From positions 265,317 to 329,316 of the forward strand of contig JAJCZD010000005.1 in NCBI GenBank assembly GCA_029262615.1: a DNA stretch of 64,000 nt. The letters run 5' to 3'. Both the position numbers and the translations under genes were made by a program. Shown here one piece after another: positions 47,242 through 56,567 of this stretch. Origin of the DNA: Candidatus Babelota bacterium (GTDB taxonomy: Bacteria; Babelota; Babeliae; Babelales; Vermiphilaceae). The notes under the pieces are model-generated. The model was given only the letters and a program-made list of their open reading frames with translations. It made no database searches and had not been told where the DNA came from. Each line of letters begins with the position of its first letter. The stretch's first letter is position 1.

Positions 47242-48810
47242 ATGAGTAACGCATTGCATAAAAAATCGATTCTCAAAAAGACCTTTCAGGTTGGCTCATC
47301 AACGATGCTTTCTCGTGTGTTGGGAGTTATTCGTGAACGCTTACTCTCTGAATTTCTTGGCAATGGTGCGCTTTCTGATGCTTTTTTAACGGCATTTAAA
47401 ATTCCTAATATGTTACGCAAAATTTTTGCTGAAGGTGCCTTATCTGCTGCTTTTGTACCCCGCTTTATGCAGGTTAAAAGAAGAAAAGGCGTTGACCTTG
47501 CCAATAGTTTAATGACACTTAGTTTTATTGTTTTTGAGGGATTAGTTTTATTTTTTTGTGCGTTAGTGATTTATAAGGCAGCGTGGGTTATTTGGCTTAT
47601 TGCTCCTGGCTTTTCTCAAACACAGATTGCTCGCGCGGTGCCTTTTTTACAAATTTTAATGCCGTTTATCTTTTTTATTTCAAGCAGTGCGCTCATTGCT
47701 GGTGCATTGCAATCGGAGCATCATTTTTTTGTACCGGCTTTCTCTCCCGTATTGCTAAATATTGTTTTTATTACCGGTCTATCTGTTTGTTTATATTTTC
47801 AGTTGCCCGTTGAAGCATTATGTTATTTTGTTTTGTTGGGCGGTTTATTACAGCTGATCTTTCATATTATTGCCTATATAAAGCTTAATTTTTCATTTGC
47901 GCCGGTTAACGTGAAAATTTATGATGATTTCAAATGGATATTTGTCCATTTTTGGACCTGCTTTGCCGGCATGAGTGTTATGGAGATTGGTTTAATTGTT
48001 GATAGTTGGTTTGCTTCATTTTTACCAACTGGATCTATAACCTTAATTTATTATGCTAATCGATTTATGGGCATTCCACTGGGAGTTTTTGCGGTCGCTT
48101 TTTCTACCATTTTGTTGCCCCATTTTGCTCGGGTAAACTCATATGCACCCAGCCGTTTAAGTTTTTATTTATTAGAAAGTACCAAATTTGTTTTTTGGGT
48201 TACCATACCGATTGCGGTTTTTATGAGTGTTTTTTCATCAGAAATTTTTAGCACTATTTTATTTTCAAAAAAATTTACTGCACTACAAATTACTCAATCG
48301 GCTCATATTTTATCAGCATTTTTATTAGGTTTGTTTTTCTTCTCACTCAATAAGATTCTTTTTAATCTTTACTCTGCACAACAAGTAACATGGTTGCCAT
48401 CAGTGATTGTTTGTTGTTCAACGATAATCAACTTTGGTCTTAACTGGTTATTGATGCCGCATTTTCAAGCAGCTGGTCTTGCACTCGCAACAAGTGGTGC
48501 GGCGGCCGTGCAAACAATTTTGTTTATTATTTTTCTGAAATACTGGTTTGGTTACAAATTTTATTACTCACGCTTCTTTGAATTTTTTATGCGTTATATT
48601 GTGCAACTAGTTCCGGTATTTTCTTTCTTTTTTGGCTTTCTTTTTATAATACGTAATTATGTTTTGCTTGCTTTGCCTGCCAATTTGTATTATTTATTTT
48701 CAAAAACAATTTTAGTTTGGCTTTGGATTGGACCTTTGTGTGCCACTACATTTTTATTATTATATTTTACCAAAAAACAATTTGGTATTCATTTACATTT
48801 TATCGATTGA
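47242..48810 (+). CDS. murJ: Lipid II flippase MurJ (MviN)
   Basis: SRVLGVIRERLLSEFLGNGALSDAFLTAFKIPNMLRKIFAEGALSAAFVP is the canonical MurJ N-terminus. ~14 TM segments. Confidence 0.9.
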   Translation: MSNALHKKSILKKTFQVGSSTMLSRVLGVIRERLLSEFLGNGALSDAFLTAFKIPNMLRKIFAEGALSAAFVPRFMQVKRRKGVDLANSLMTLSFIVFEGLVLFFCALVIYKAAWVIWLIAPGFSQTQIARAVPFLQILMPFIFFISSSALIAGALQSEHHFFVPAFSPVLLNIVFITGLSVCLYFQLPVEALCYFVLLGGLLQLIFHIIAYIKLNFSFAPVNVKIYDDFKWIFVHFWTCFAGMSVMEIGLIVDSWFASFLPTGSITLIYYANRFMGIPLGVFAVAFSTILLPHFARVNSYAPSRLSFYLLESTKFVFWVTIPIAVFMSVFSSEIFSTILFSKKFTALQITQSAHILSAFLLGLFFFSLNKILFNLYSAQQVTWLPSVIVCCSTIINFGLNWLLMPHFQAAGLALATSGAAAVQTILFIIFLKYWFGYKFYYSRFFEFFMRYIVQLVPVFSFFFGFLFIIRNYVLLALPANLYYLFSKTILVWLWIGPLCATTFLLLYFTKKQFGIHLHFID

Positions 48811-48813
48811 GTT

Positions 48814-49221
48814 ATGTTAAAAAGACAATTTTCTGCGGGCATCGTTCCCTATATCAACAAAAATAACAAAAGGTTCTATTTGTTATTACATTATGAAGCA
48901 GGTCATTGGGATTTCCCAAAGGGCAAAATAGAAAAGGGTGAAACAAAAAAGGAAGCAGCATTGCGAGAACTCAAAGAAGAAGCAGGTATTACAGCAGAAA
49001 TCGATAACGATTTTGAAGAAAGCTTTGTATATTTTTTCCGTGATAAAGAGGGCATCTTAATAAAAAAAGAGGTTTATTTTTTTACTGGTCAAGCTAGTTC
49101 AGTAAAAATTACCTTATCTTTTGAACATATAGATCATGCATGGCTTACGTTTGAAGATGCTATTAAAAAACTAACGTATGATAATGCAAAAGAGTTATTA
49201 AAAATGTTGAATCCTATTTAG
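48814..49221 (+). CDS. Nudix hydrolase (Ap4A-hydrolase-like)
   Basis: Nudix box GHWDFPKGKIEKGETKKEAALRELKEEAGI. Confidence 0.85.
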   Translation: MLKRQFSAGIVPYINKNNKRFYLLLHYEAGHWDFPKGKIEKGETKKEAALRELKEEAGITAEIDNDFEESFVYFFRDKEGILIKKEVYFFTGQASSVKITLSFEHIDHAWLTFEDAIKKLTYDNAKELLKMLNPI

Positions 49222-49874
49222 TAAGATAATTTTTTTCTTTTTAATACAATTACATTTTTCTCTTCTAGAATCAAATCTGCAAGGTCTTTAATCGAAAAGA
49301 ATTCAGCAGTACTACAATTTCTAGTGATTATTATATCAATTTCTTTGCAAAGTTGCTTGATCTTTTTGGAAAGTTTCTCATCAGTAAATTTCTTTTTAGA
49401 CTCTATTTTTGCCTGGAGATATTTTACCTTCTGAACTTTCTCTATTGCATTTTGTTTAATATACTTTGCAATTGTTTTTCCATTTAACATTTGCATATCC
49501 AGATAATTTTTATTAAATACCGGCACATTTTGACATGGATTCTTCAATATGAAAGCCATACTTTTATATGTAATATAATGTTCACTATTATAAGCAGTTT
49601 TTTCTTTTAATCTTTTTTTAATGGTTGTACGATCTAATTCTTTCCAATTATCTGTTGAATAAAAAACAGGCATGTGAAAATATAATTTACCATCTAATAT
49701 GCAGAGTGCTTTACACAGATTTTCTTTACTGATTTTTCTGTATAATGGTAAGCGATTACAGCCAAAACAAGAATAGAAAAAAAAGAATAGTATGGTTTTC
49801 TTAAGTATAAGATTCTTACTTTTTAAAAATTTCGAAGAAAACAAATTTACCACCACCACCGATAATGATTGCAA
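49218..49874 (-). CDS. Hypothetical protein (start uncertain)
   Basis: 218-aa ORF whose first 59 nt overlap the DoxX gene end. Hydrophobic segment TILFFFFYSCFGC. No alternative ATG before aa 67. No family recognised. Confidence 0.4.
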   Translation of the reverse strand: MQSLSVVVVNLFSSKFLKSKNLILKKTILFFFFYSCFGCNRLPLYRKISKENLCKALCILDGKLYFHMPVFYSTDNWKELDRTTIKKRLKEKTAYNSEHYITYKSMAFILKNPCQNVPVFNKNYLDMQMLNGKTIAKYIKQNAIEKVQKVKYLQAKIESKKKFTDEKLSKKIKQLCKEIDIIITRNCSTAEFFSIKDLADLILEEKNVIVLKRKKLSY

Positions 49875-50217
49875 CTAATAATAAAATAAGATTAAAAGGA
49901 TATTCAAAGCCATTATTTTGTATAAAATAACCGCCTTTCCAATGAACTAAAAATACCGCACCAAGCATAACAGGGATAATCATCGCAGCGCCAAGTGCAG
50001 GAAAAATGCCAAAGAAAATCATAATGCCACCAATAAATTCTGCAAATGCGGCCAAGTATCCTAAAATAGTCGGTACTCCCAAACTAGCAGTCCAATTTGC
50101 AAACCCTTGCAAACCTGGCCCACCAAACCATCCAAAAACTTTTTGGCTACCATGCAGAATAAAAATTGAACCAACCACTAGCCGGACCATTAATAATGCC
50201 CATTCTTGTCTAATCAT
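49816..50217 (-). CDS. DoxX-family membrane protein
   Basis: LVVGSIFILHGSQKVFGWFGGPGLQGF and 4 TM helices. ATG 50217 (MIRQEW) is preferred because the 50271 start would overlap the upstream gene by 62 nt. Confidence 0.8.
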   Translation of the reverse strand: MIRQEWALLMVRLVVGSIFILHGSQKVFGWFGGPGLQGFANWTASLGVPTILGYLAAFAEFIGGIMIFFGIFPALGAAMIIPVMLGAVFLVHWKGGYFIQNNGFEYPFNLILLLVAIIIGGGGKFVFFEIFKK

Positions 50218-50638
50218 TATTTTTTCCCTTTTGAATTGTTTTAGATTCCAAAGAATGTACTGTTTGTTCAATCCGAGGAATCGAAAATAATATAGTAGTA
50301 ATTTCAGTATAGAGTTGTCTTTGTAATTCCCGGTTTTCCGATGTATTTGGGATTTGTGAAACCTGGTCTTTTTTTTCAGAGAGTTCTTTTTCTAAGGCTT
50401 CTTTTATTTTTTTCTGGCATTGTAGTTGTTCCCAAAGCCCCATAATTTTAGGAGGTGATGATGCTAATCCGTCTTCATAATGTAAGCTCAACTGTCTTGC
50501 GTAATTATGTATTGGTGTATCTGGAGATGGTGTACGTAAAGCAGGCGATGGTCGTTCAATAAGTATAGGTGGAGTACTGGGCCTATTCATTGCCACCAAA
50601 GCAAACGTAATTACACATAAAAATAATAATGGCTTCAT
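50210..50638 (-). CDS. Secreted hypothetical Pro-rich/coiled-coil protein
   Basis: Leader MKPLLFLCVITFALVA-M (ATG 50638), then RPSTPPILIERPSPALRTPSPDTP, then a helical tail. Confidence 0.5.
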   Translation of the reverse strand: MKPLLFLCVITFALVAMNRPSTPPILIERPSPALRTPSPDTPIHNYARQLSLHYEDGLASSPPKIMGLWEQLQCQKKIKEALEKELSEKKDQVSQIPNTSENRELQRQLYTEITTILFSIPRIEQTVHSLESKTIQKGKNND

Positions 50639-50704
50639 TGCAAAATCCTGTTTAGACATAAGCAGGATTATAATAAGATTATTTCTCAAAAGTAAAGAGT
50701 CAAT

Positions 50705-51379
50705 TTATGATTGTTCGGTTAAATCGACGATTCTTTGTGCTTTTTGCTGATTCATTTTAGCAAAGTCGGCAGCAGTAAATCCTTTTTTACTAGTTTTCAG
50801 GTAGCATTTTTTAGTTTTTAGGTTCGGATCAGCACCATAGTCTAATAAAAGTTTTACTATTTCTTCTTTACCTAAATATGCTGCTACCATGAGAGGGGTT
50901 ATTTTGTCGCCCTTCGAGGGTAGTACATTTACATCAACTTTGTTTGTTTCGAGAAGCAATTTAATAACTTCTGGTGTACTATCGGCAACAAGTACCGTAA
51001 ATACTGGCCAATCAATTGCAAAAAATGGACAATTATGCTCAAAAGTAAGATTGGGCATATTGCTCCAAGGCCAATAAATAGTAACTTCTTTATCTAGTTC
51101 AGCCCCATAAACGAGTAATTTTTCAAGTACTTTTTTTGATTTAACAAACTGAATTGGTAAATATCCTACATGACAAAATTTAATCGTTTCTGCATGTAAA
51201 TACTTATTGAGTATCTTTTTAATACATTTATTTTGTTTGTTCTTAAAATAATCTTGTTCCATGATTATTAATTTAGTTCTATCCTCGCAATAAATTGCAC
51301 GGCATAGGCTACTAGATTTAGGTGATCCAAAAGCCAAAAATGAGCTTAGAAATGTTAAGAAAAGAATTGCTTTTTTCAT
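50705..51379 (-). CDS. Secreted ankyrin-repeat protein
   Basis: Leader MKKAILFLTFLSSFLAFG. Clear ANK consensus in TPLMVAAYLGKEEIVKLLLDYGADPNLKTKK...GFTAADFA, plus weaker upstream repeats. Confidence 0.85.
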   Translation of the reverse strand: MKKAILFLTFLSSFLAFGSPKSSSLCRAIYCEDRTKLIIMEQDYFKNKQNKCIKKILNKYLHAETIKFCHVGYLPIQFVKSKKVLEKLLVYGAELDKEVTIYWPWSNMPNLTFEHNCPFFAIDWPVFTVLVADSTPEVIKLLLETNKVDVNVLPSKGDKITPLMVAAYLGKEEIVKLLLDYGADPNLKTKKCYLKTSKKGFTAADFAKMNQQKAQRIVDLTEQS

Positions 51380-51449
51380 GATAATCCTCCATTGAAAGTT
51401 ACTTTGATGGTAACAAAGGAGGTTGTTTTTTGCAAAAGGGTAGGGAATT

Positions 51450-51526
<77 letters not shown>

Positions 51527-51616
51527 TCAATTTCAATTTGATAGGAATTGAGAAGATTTTTCTCTATTCTTAACTAAAAGAATAAGCTCCAATGAGTTTT
51601 TGTCAACTTTTTATAG

Positions 51617-51988
51617 TTAATTTTTAGTCTTTTCTAGAATAACCATAGCCGTTGCCAGATCTTTGGTATGAGTTATTGACAGGTGGATGATTAATCCTTG
51701 CGCTTGAGTCGCTTTAATTTGCAGGTTTGGCTTGTTATTTTCACCATTATGTATGGCTATTTTTTTGCAAAAAGATATAAATGGTTCCTGAGTAAATGGC
51801 CAAGCTTTATAGAGAGCTTCTCGGGCAGCAAATCGTGCAGCAAGACGCTCAGAAACTTTTTCAGGGATAGCTAGACTATATTCAATTTCTTGTGCGGAAA
51901 AAATACGGCGTAACTTTTTTTGTGAATAGGTATGCCAATGAGTAAAACGAGCAATCTCAACAGAATCAATGCCAATACCAATAATCAT
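51617..51988 (-). CDS. acpS: Holo-[acyl-carrier-protein] synthase
   Basis: MIIGIGIDSVEIARF start; FAAREALYKA; SITHT. 123 aa. ATGA overlap with the upstream gene. Confidence 0.85.
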   Translation of the reverse strand: MIIGIGIDSVEIARFTHWHTYSQKKLRRIFSAQEIEYSLAIPEKVSERLAARFAAREALYKAWPFTQEPFISFCKKIAIHNGENNKPNLQIKATQAQGLIIHLSITHTKDLATAMVILEKTKN

Positions 51989-53520
51989 TTTCTGTGCCGT
52001 TCTAAATAGTTATCCAAGGATCGATACAATATGGCTTCTTGAATATGAGGAACATCAATGATTTCCGATTGATCTAAATCTGCAATGGTGCGAGATACTT
52101 TTAAAATTTTATGATAACCACGCATGCTTAAGCACAGTACTTCAAATGCTTTTTTAATTACCTGTTGTGCAGTGTCAGTAAGAATACAAAACTGTTCCAC
52201 TTGTTTTGAGCTCATTTGTGCATTAAAAAGAATGTCTGAGCCAAATCGTTGCTTCTGTATTTTTAGCGCATTTTGAATTTTTTCATACAATTGTTCCGAC
52301 GAAATCTCATTTTGTTTTTTATGGATAGTCTCATATTGGATTGACTGCACATTAATCTGAAGATCAATTCTATCGAGTAATGGTCCAGATAATTTATCAA
52401 GGTAGCGTGCAATTTGTTTTTGTGAGCAGTAACATTGTTTTCTTTTATCTCCAAAAAAGCCACATGGACATGGATTGAGTGCGGCAACAAATAAGAATGA
52501 TGCAGGGAAGGTGACCGTTTGGTTTGCTCGGGAAATACATACATTATTATTTGCCAGTGGCTGACGCAAAACTTCAATGGTTGAGCGGGCAAATTCGGTA
52601 AATTCATCTAAAAATAAAATGCCATTGTGTGCCAAGCTAATCTCACCCGGTTGAGGGTACGTGCCACCACCAACCAGGCCGGCTTGGCTAATGGTATGGT
52701 GCGGAGCGCGAAAAGGGCGTTTTGTTACTAATGATTTTTTTTGTAATTTACCACTGATTGAATAAATTTTACTTGTTTGCAAAATTTCATGAAAATTCAT
52801 TGGTGGCATGATGGAAGGCAAGCGTTTTGCAAGCATTGTTTTACCAGCACCCGGTGGGCCAATAAATAAAATATTGTGCCGTCCGGCGGCAGTAATTTGT
52901 AGTGCGCGCTTTGCTTGCTCTTGTCCTTTTACCTCAGAAAAATTTAATTGGCCAATTGTTTTATGATCTACGAATAATTTGTTTTTTGTTGGCTCAATAA
53001 TTGCATTATGTTGAAGATAGTTAACCAATTGGCTTAAATGATCAACGCCAATAATTTCTAGGCCTTGAATAAGTGCTGCTTCTTGTGCATTTGCTATTGG
53101 TAGAATAATTCTTTTTTTACCCAATTTCAGAGCATCGTAGGCAATAGGGAGTGCACCTTTAATAAAGCGAATAGAACCATCCAAAGAAAGCTCGCCTAAA
53201 AATAACGTTTCTTCTAAAAAATCTTTTTCGATAGAAATAAATTTTGCGGCTTGCAAAATACCAACGGCGATTGGCAGGTCAAACAATGTGCCTACTTTCT
53301 TTAAATCCGCTGGTGCAAGATTGACAGTAATTCTTTTTGCTGGCAATCGAAATCCACTATTCTTAAGAGCAGTACTAATACGTTTGGTACTTTCTTTTAT
53401 TGCGGTATCGGGCAGACCAACAATATAAAAATTGATAAGACCGAACGATAAATCAACCTCGACCTCAACCAGATGTGCTTGGACGCCTATTGGTGTTGCT
53501 GAAAAAATTTTTGAATGCAT
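51985..53520 (-). CDS. comM: Mg-chelatase-like AAA+ ATPase YifB/ComM
   Basis: N-terminal Lon-protease-like domain (VEVDLSFGLINFYIVGLPD), GPPGAGKTM, GILFLDEFTEF, Zn-ribbon-like CPCGFFGDKRKQCYCS and C-terminal RGYHKILKVSRTIADL. Confidence 0.9.
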   Translation of the reverse strand: MHSKIFSATPIGVQAHLVEVEVDLSFGLINFYIVGLPDTAIKESTKRISTALKNSGFRLPAKRITVNLAPADLKKVGTLFDLPIAVGILQAAKFISIEKDFLEETLFLGELSLDGSIRFIKGALPIAYDALKLGKKRIILPIANAQEAALIQGLEIIGVDHLSQLVNYLQHNAIIEPTKNKLFVDHKTIGQLNFSEVKGQEQAKRALQITAAGRHNILFIGPPGAGKTMLAKRLPSIMPPMNFHEILQTSKIYSISGKLQKKSLVTKRPFRAPHHTISQAGLVGGGTYPQPGEISLAHNGILFLDEFTEFARSTIEVLRQPLANNNVCISRANQTVTFPASFLFVAALNPCPCGFFGDKRKQCYCSQKQIARYLDKLSGPLLDRIDLQINVQSIQYETIHKKQNEISSEQLYEKIQNALKIQKQRFGSDILFNAQMSSKQVEQFCILTDTAQQVIKKAFEVLCLSMRGYHKILKVSRTIADLDQSEIIDVPHIQEAILYRSLDNYLERHRK

Positions 53521-53702
53521 TTTATTATATTTGTGACATTTTTAAAATTTAGAAAACATTATATTTACTGCATTATAGCAAGAAATTTTTCATTTGGAAA
53601 TTGTATGTAAGGCAAAAAATAAAGTATGTACTAAATTACAGTAGCAGTTTTTTGCAAATACCGTAAAATAAGGTTTCAATAATAAAGGTTTTGAGGGTTA
53701 CC

Positions 53703-56558
53703 ATGACACGCACCATTTTATCCATTAATTTTCTTTTCTGTTTTTGTTTTGTTTATCCTGCAGAAATAATGCTAGGTGATAAAGCCGCAGCAGCCGGGCA
53801 AACGTTTTCATTTGCTATTGGTCAGCATGTTGGATTTCCTGATGGAAGTATGTTTTTTGTTGGGGCTGCACAAAATGGTGCAGAAGGTTTTGCAATTGCA
53901 GGCCTAAGCCGTTTTCAAGATAATTTTCAACCATCACTTATAGAAAAAGCAACAGTGAATAATGTGGCAAATCAGATCAATCCGTTATTTAATAAAGGGA
54001 TTGCTTTCTTGAATCTGATTTTGTTGGGTGATAAAAATTATGCAACTATTTCTGTTACTAATGACGAAATTAAAACGATGAATTTGTTGCTTAAAAATGA
54101 TTTTGTTTTATCAACAAGCCCGCTTACTGATGCAGCTGGCAATATAACTGATGCTATTACGGCCATTACTGGTGGATTAAATACTGGTTTTGCTGCAGTG
54201 CGTGCAGAAGGACAAGCGCAATTTGGTATTGGTGATAGTGGTATTGCTTTTGTCTCTAAACTGTATCCAAATGCCGGAAAAAAAGAAGATGAGCAAAATG
54301 AGCAGAAAAAAAATAATATGTTCTTTTTGCAGCAAGATTTTGATAGTGATACTACGTTGCTTCGTGCTGCACCACTTAATATTTCTTCCGATATTATTAA
54401 AATAGGTGGTGATCTGGCTGGTGCCGAGGTTATTGACATGATATTTAATAATGATTTGACTCGGTTATATGTGGTTCTACAAGCACAAGCTGCCGCTGGT
54501 GGAGCTGATGGCGTTCGTGCTATGGCTATGGGTTACTTAATTCAAGAAGTGCAAGAAACGCCACAAACACAAGAAAACTCAGACTGCGAAAAGCCAGAAA
54601 AAAAGATAATCAAAACAAAGTTTAAATTAGTTGAGGTAGTGCCATCAGCCGTATTTGATGGTGCTCAGGATAAAATAATTGGCGCACTTGGTGCAAACGA
54701 GCAAGTTTCATTGCATAAAATTCGTTTTATGCTTACCTCTGGTCGAGTCCCATACCTTATAGTTGTCGGTGGTAATGGCTCACCAAATGCAACGGAGCAA
54801 TTGGTATTTGCCTTGCCAGTCGTTGATTTTCGTAATGAACTTGGCCAAGTGCCAAGTGACAAACTAGATCAACAAGGTGCCATTGCAAGCAAAGATGCAC
54901 CAGCAATTGCTCAATTTTCATCAAAAGCACCACATGTATTTTCATCGCGTCAATTTCAGGTTGAGGCAACAACCCCTGCACAAATGCCAACAAGCACAGA
55001 TGCCGCAACTCAAGTTGGTGGCGGTCCACTGCAAGCTGGCCCTATTACTGATATTGTGGTAGCTGCCGATTCTGTTTTTGTTTCTGTTGGTCAAGCTGAC
55101 CCAAATGAGAAACCGGGTATCTTTTATTCTCAAGCATTATTTGATGCGGATGAAAAAATTGTTGCATGGTCAGAATGGGCGCGCGTTGCTGGTACTACTC
55201 AAATGATTTTTGGTATTGGTTATGAACCGCAACAAGCTAATTTTGTGTATCTGACCGGATCAGATGCTAATGACATTAAAACGGTCAAGCGTACTCAATG
55301 GGGCCTTGGGGACCAACTGCTTTCCTTTGATTTAGTAAACAAAATCAACCGTCAATATCCACAAATAAATGGCGGTTTATTTGGTTATTTTGATTTTGCA
55401 TCAACAACTTCTGGCTTGCAAGAGGTTGCTATCCAGGTGGCAACTGGTTGTTCCAAAATAAGTTTGATACAAGCGGGAACAGGTTCTCCGGTTTGCCCAA
55501 CACAAGGAAGTTTCCCAGAACGAATTTTTGAAGATGGCACCATTGGCCAAACCTTTCCTATTGCCAATACGAAAATAGTAACCATTAACGGCGGTCAATT
55601 GGAAACCATAGGTCCAGTTGAAGCAGCAGAAATTGGTCAAGCCGGTGTAAATAGTTATTTATTTGTTGGTGGCCGTTGTGGCCTTGCGGTTTTGATACAA
55701 CCAAATGGTGATGGCTTTGATACCGCCTCTGGGCAATTAGAACCCGAGTTTGTGGGGCTATCCTCCGGCATGAAATTTGTTGGTATTGATGAATATAGGT
55801 TTGTACGCACATTAATAGCTGACCAAGGATTTTTGTATGTGTTAACCAATAATAAACTTGATCGTATTGATATCGCTGCTAGTGATTTTGCTACAGGCAC
55901 ACTTGTAGTGACCACTATCGCTCAACTGAATACATTTTCTGGATTAGGAGATGGTGGTAGTTTTAAAGACGTTATTATTTCCGGTAAATTGGCACTGCTT
56001 GCAACTAGTGCTGGTATGTTTCGTTTAGCAGATGGTAAAGATATCACAACCATTACTGGACCGGCTCAGCAAGATTGGCAAATAGTACCAATACCAGAAG
56101 GGCAATTACCCACACTTCAACTTTTTCCTATTTCTATAAACGGTCATCTGCAAGATGTATCAGCAAATTTAATTGGCCAAATTTATGCGCTCGGTTCTTT
56201 TATTTCGGCCCAGCAAGGTACGATTAATCGCTTTTCAATTACAAATACTATTGGAGCAAATCAAATAACAGACCAAACAGTGGAACCATTTGAAGATTTT
56301 GTTATACAAAATGTCTTAAGTAATTTTTCTCTTATTGGTGATAATCGGTGTTTATTTGCAACCGATGGCGCTGCTGGGTTAAATAGTGTTAATGGTACGG
56401 TAGGTTGTTGTGCAATATTGTTTAATAGATTCCGTGATTTCAAAGCAGAGATCCCGTTGCAAATTGAACCAGCATGTTCTATTGTACAAATTTTGCGATC
56501 ATCAGCATCAGGAAGTTGGTTTGTAGCTGGTGATTTTGGATTGCGTGTCAATGAATAA
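53703..56558 (+). CDS. Large secreted protein, Gly/Ala/Thr/Gln-rich, beta-rich (propeller-like?); no family recognised
   Basis: ATG 53703 is preceded by GAGGG. Leader MTRTILSINFLFCFCFVYPA. 951 aa with visibly higher GC than its surroundings and many long antisense ORFs. Confidence 0.7.
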   Translation: MTRTILSINFLFCFCFVYPAEIMLGDKAAAAGQTFSFAIGQHVGFPDGSMFFVGAAQNGAEGFAIAGLSRFQDNFQPSLIEKATVNNVANQINPLFNKGIAFLNLILLGDKNYATISVTNDEIKTMNLLLKNDFVLSTSPLTDAAGNITDAITAITGGLNTGFAAVRAEGQAQFGIGDSGIAFVSKLYPNAGKKEDEQNEQKKNNMFFLQQDFDSDTTLLRAAPLNISSDIIKIGGDLAGAEVIDMIFNNDLTRLYVVLQAQAAAGGADGVRAMAMGYLIQEVQETPQTQENSDCEKPEKKIIKTKFKLVEVVPSAVFDGAQDKIIGALGANEQVSLHKIRFMLTSGRVPYLIVVGGNGSPNATEQLVFALPVVDFRNELGQVPSDKLDQQGAIASKDAPAIAQFSSKAPHVFSSRQFQVEATTPAQMPTSTDAATQVGGGPLQAGPITDIVVAADSVFVSVGQADPNEKPGIFYSQALFDADEKIVAWSEWARVAGTTQMIFGIGYEPQQANFVYLTGSDANDIKTVKRTQWGLGDQLLSFDLVNKINRQYPQINGGLFGYFDFASTTSGLQEVAIQVATGCSKISLIQAGTGSPVCPTQGSFPERIFEDGTIGQTFPIANTKIVTINGGQLETIGPVEAAEIGQAGVNSYLFVGGRCGLAVLIQPNGDGFDTASGQLEPEFVGLSSGMKFVGIDEYRFVRTLIADQGFLYVLTNNKLDRIDIAASDFATGTLVVTTIAQLNTFSGLGDGGSFKDVIISGKLALLATSAGMFRLADGKDITTITGPAQQDWQIVPIPEGQLPTLQLFPISINGHLQDVSANLIGQIYALGSFISAQQGTINRFSITNTIGANQITDQTVEPFEDFVIQNVLSNFSLIGDNRCLFATDGAAGLNSVNGTVGCCAILFNRFRDFKAEIPLQIEPACSIVQILRSSASGSWFVAGDFGLRVNE

Positions 56559-56567
56559 GGAACTTCT

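Noticed and set aside
51527-51616. TTGACA at 51601-51606 (minus strand) considered as the -35 box of a dedicated tRNA-fMet promoter.
   Set aside because: There is no acceptable -10 hexamer at 16-19 nt spacing (ATTCTT/TTCTTT). The tRNA may simply be co-transcribed with comM-acpS.
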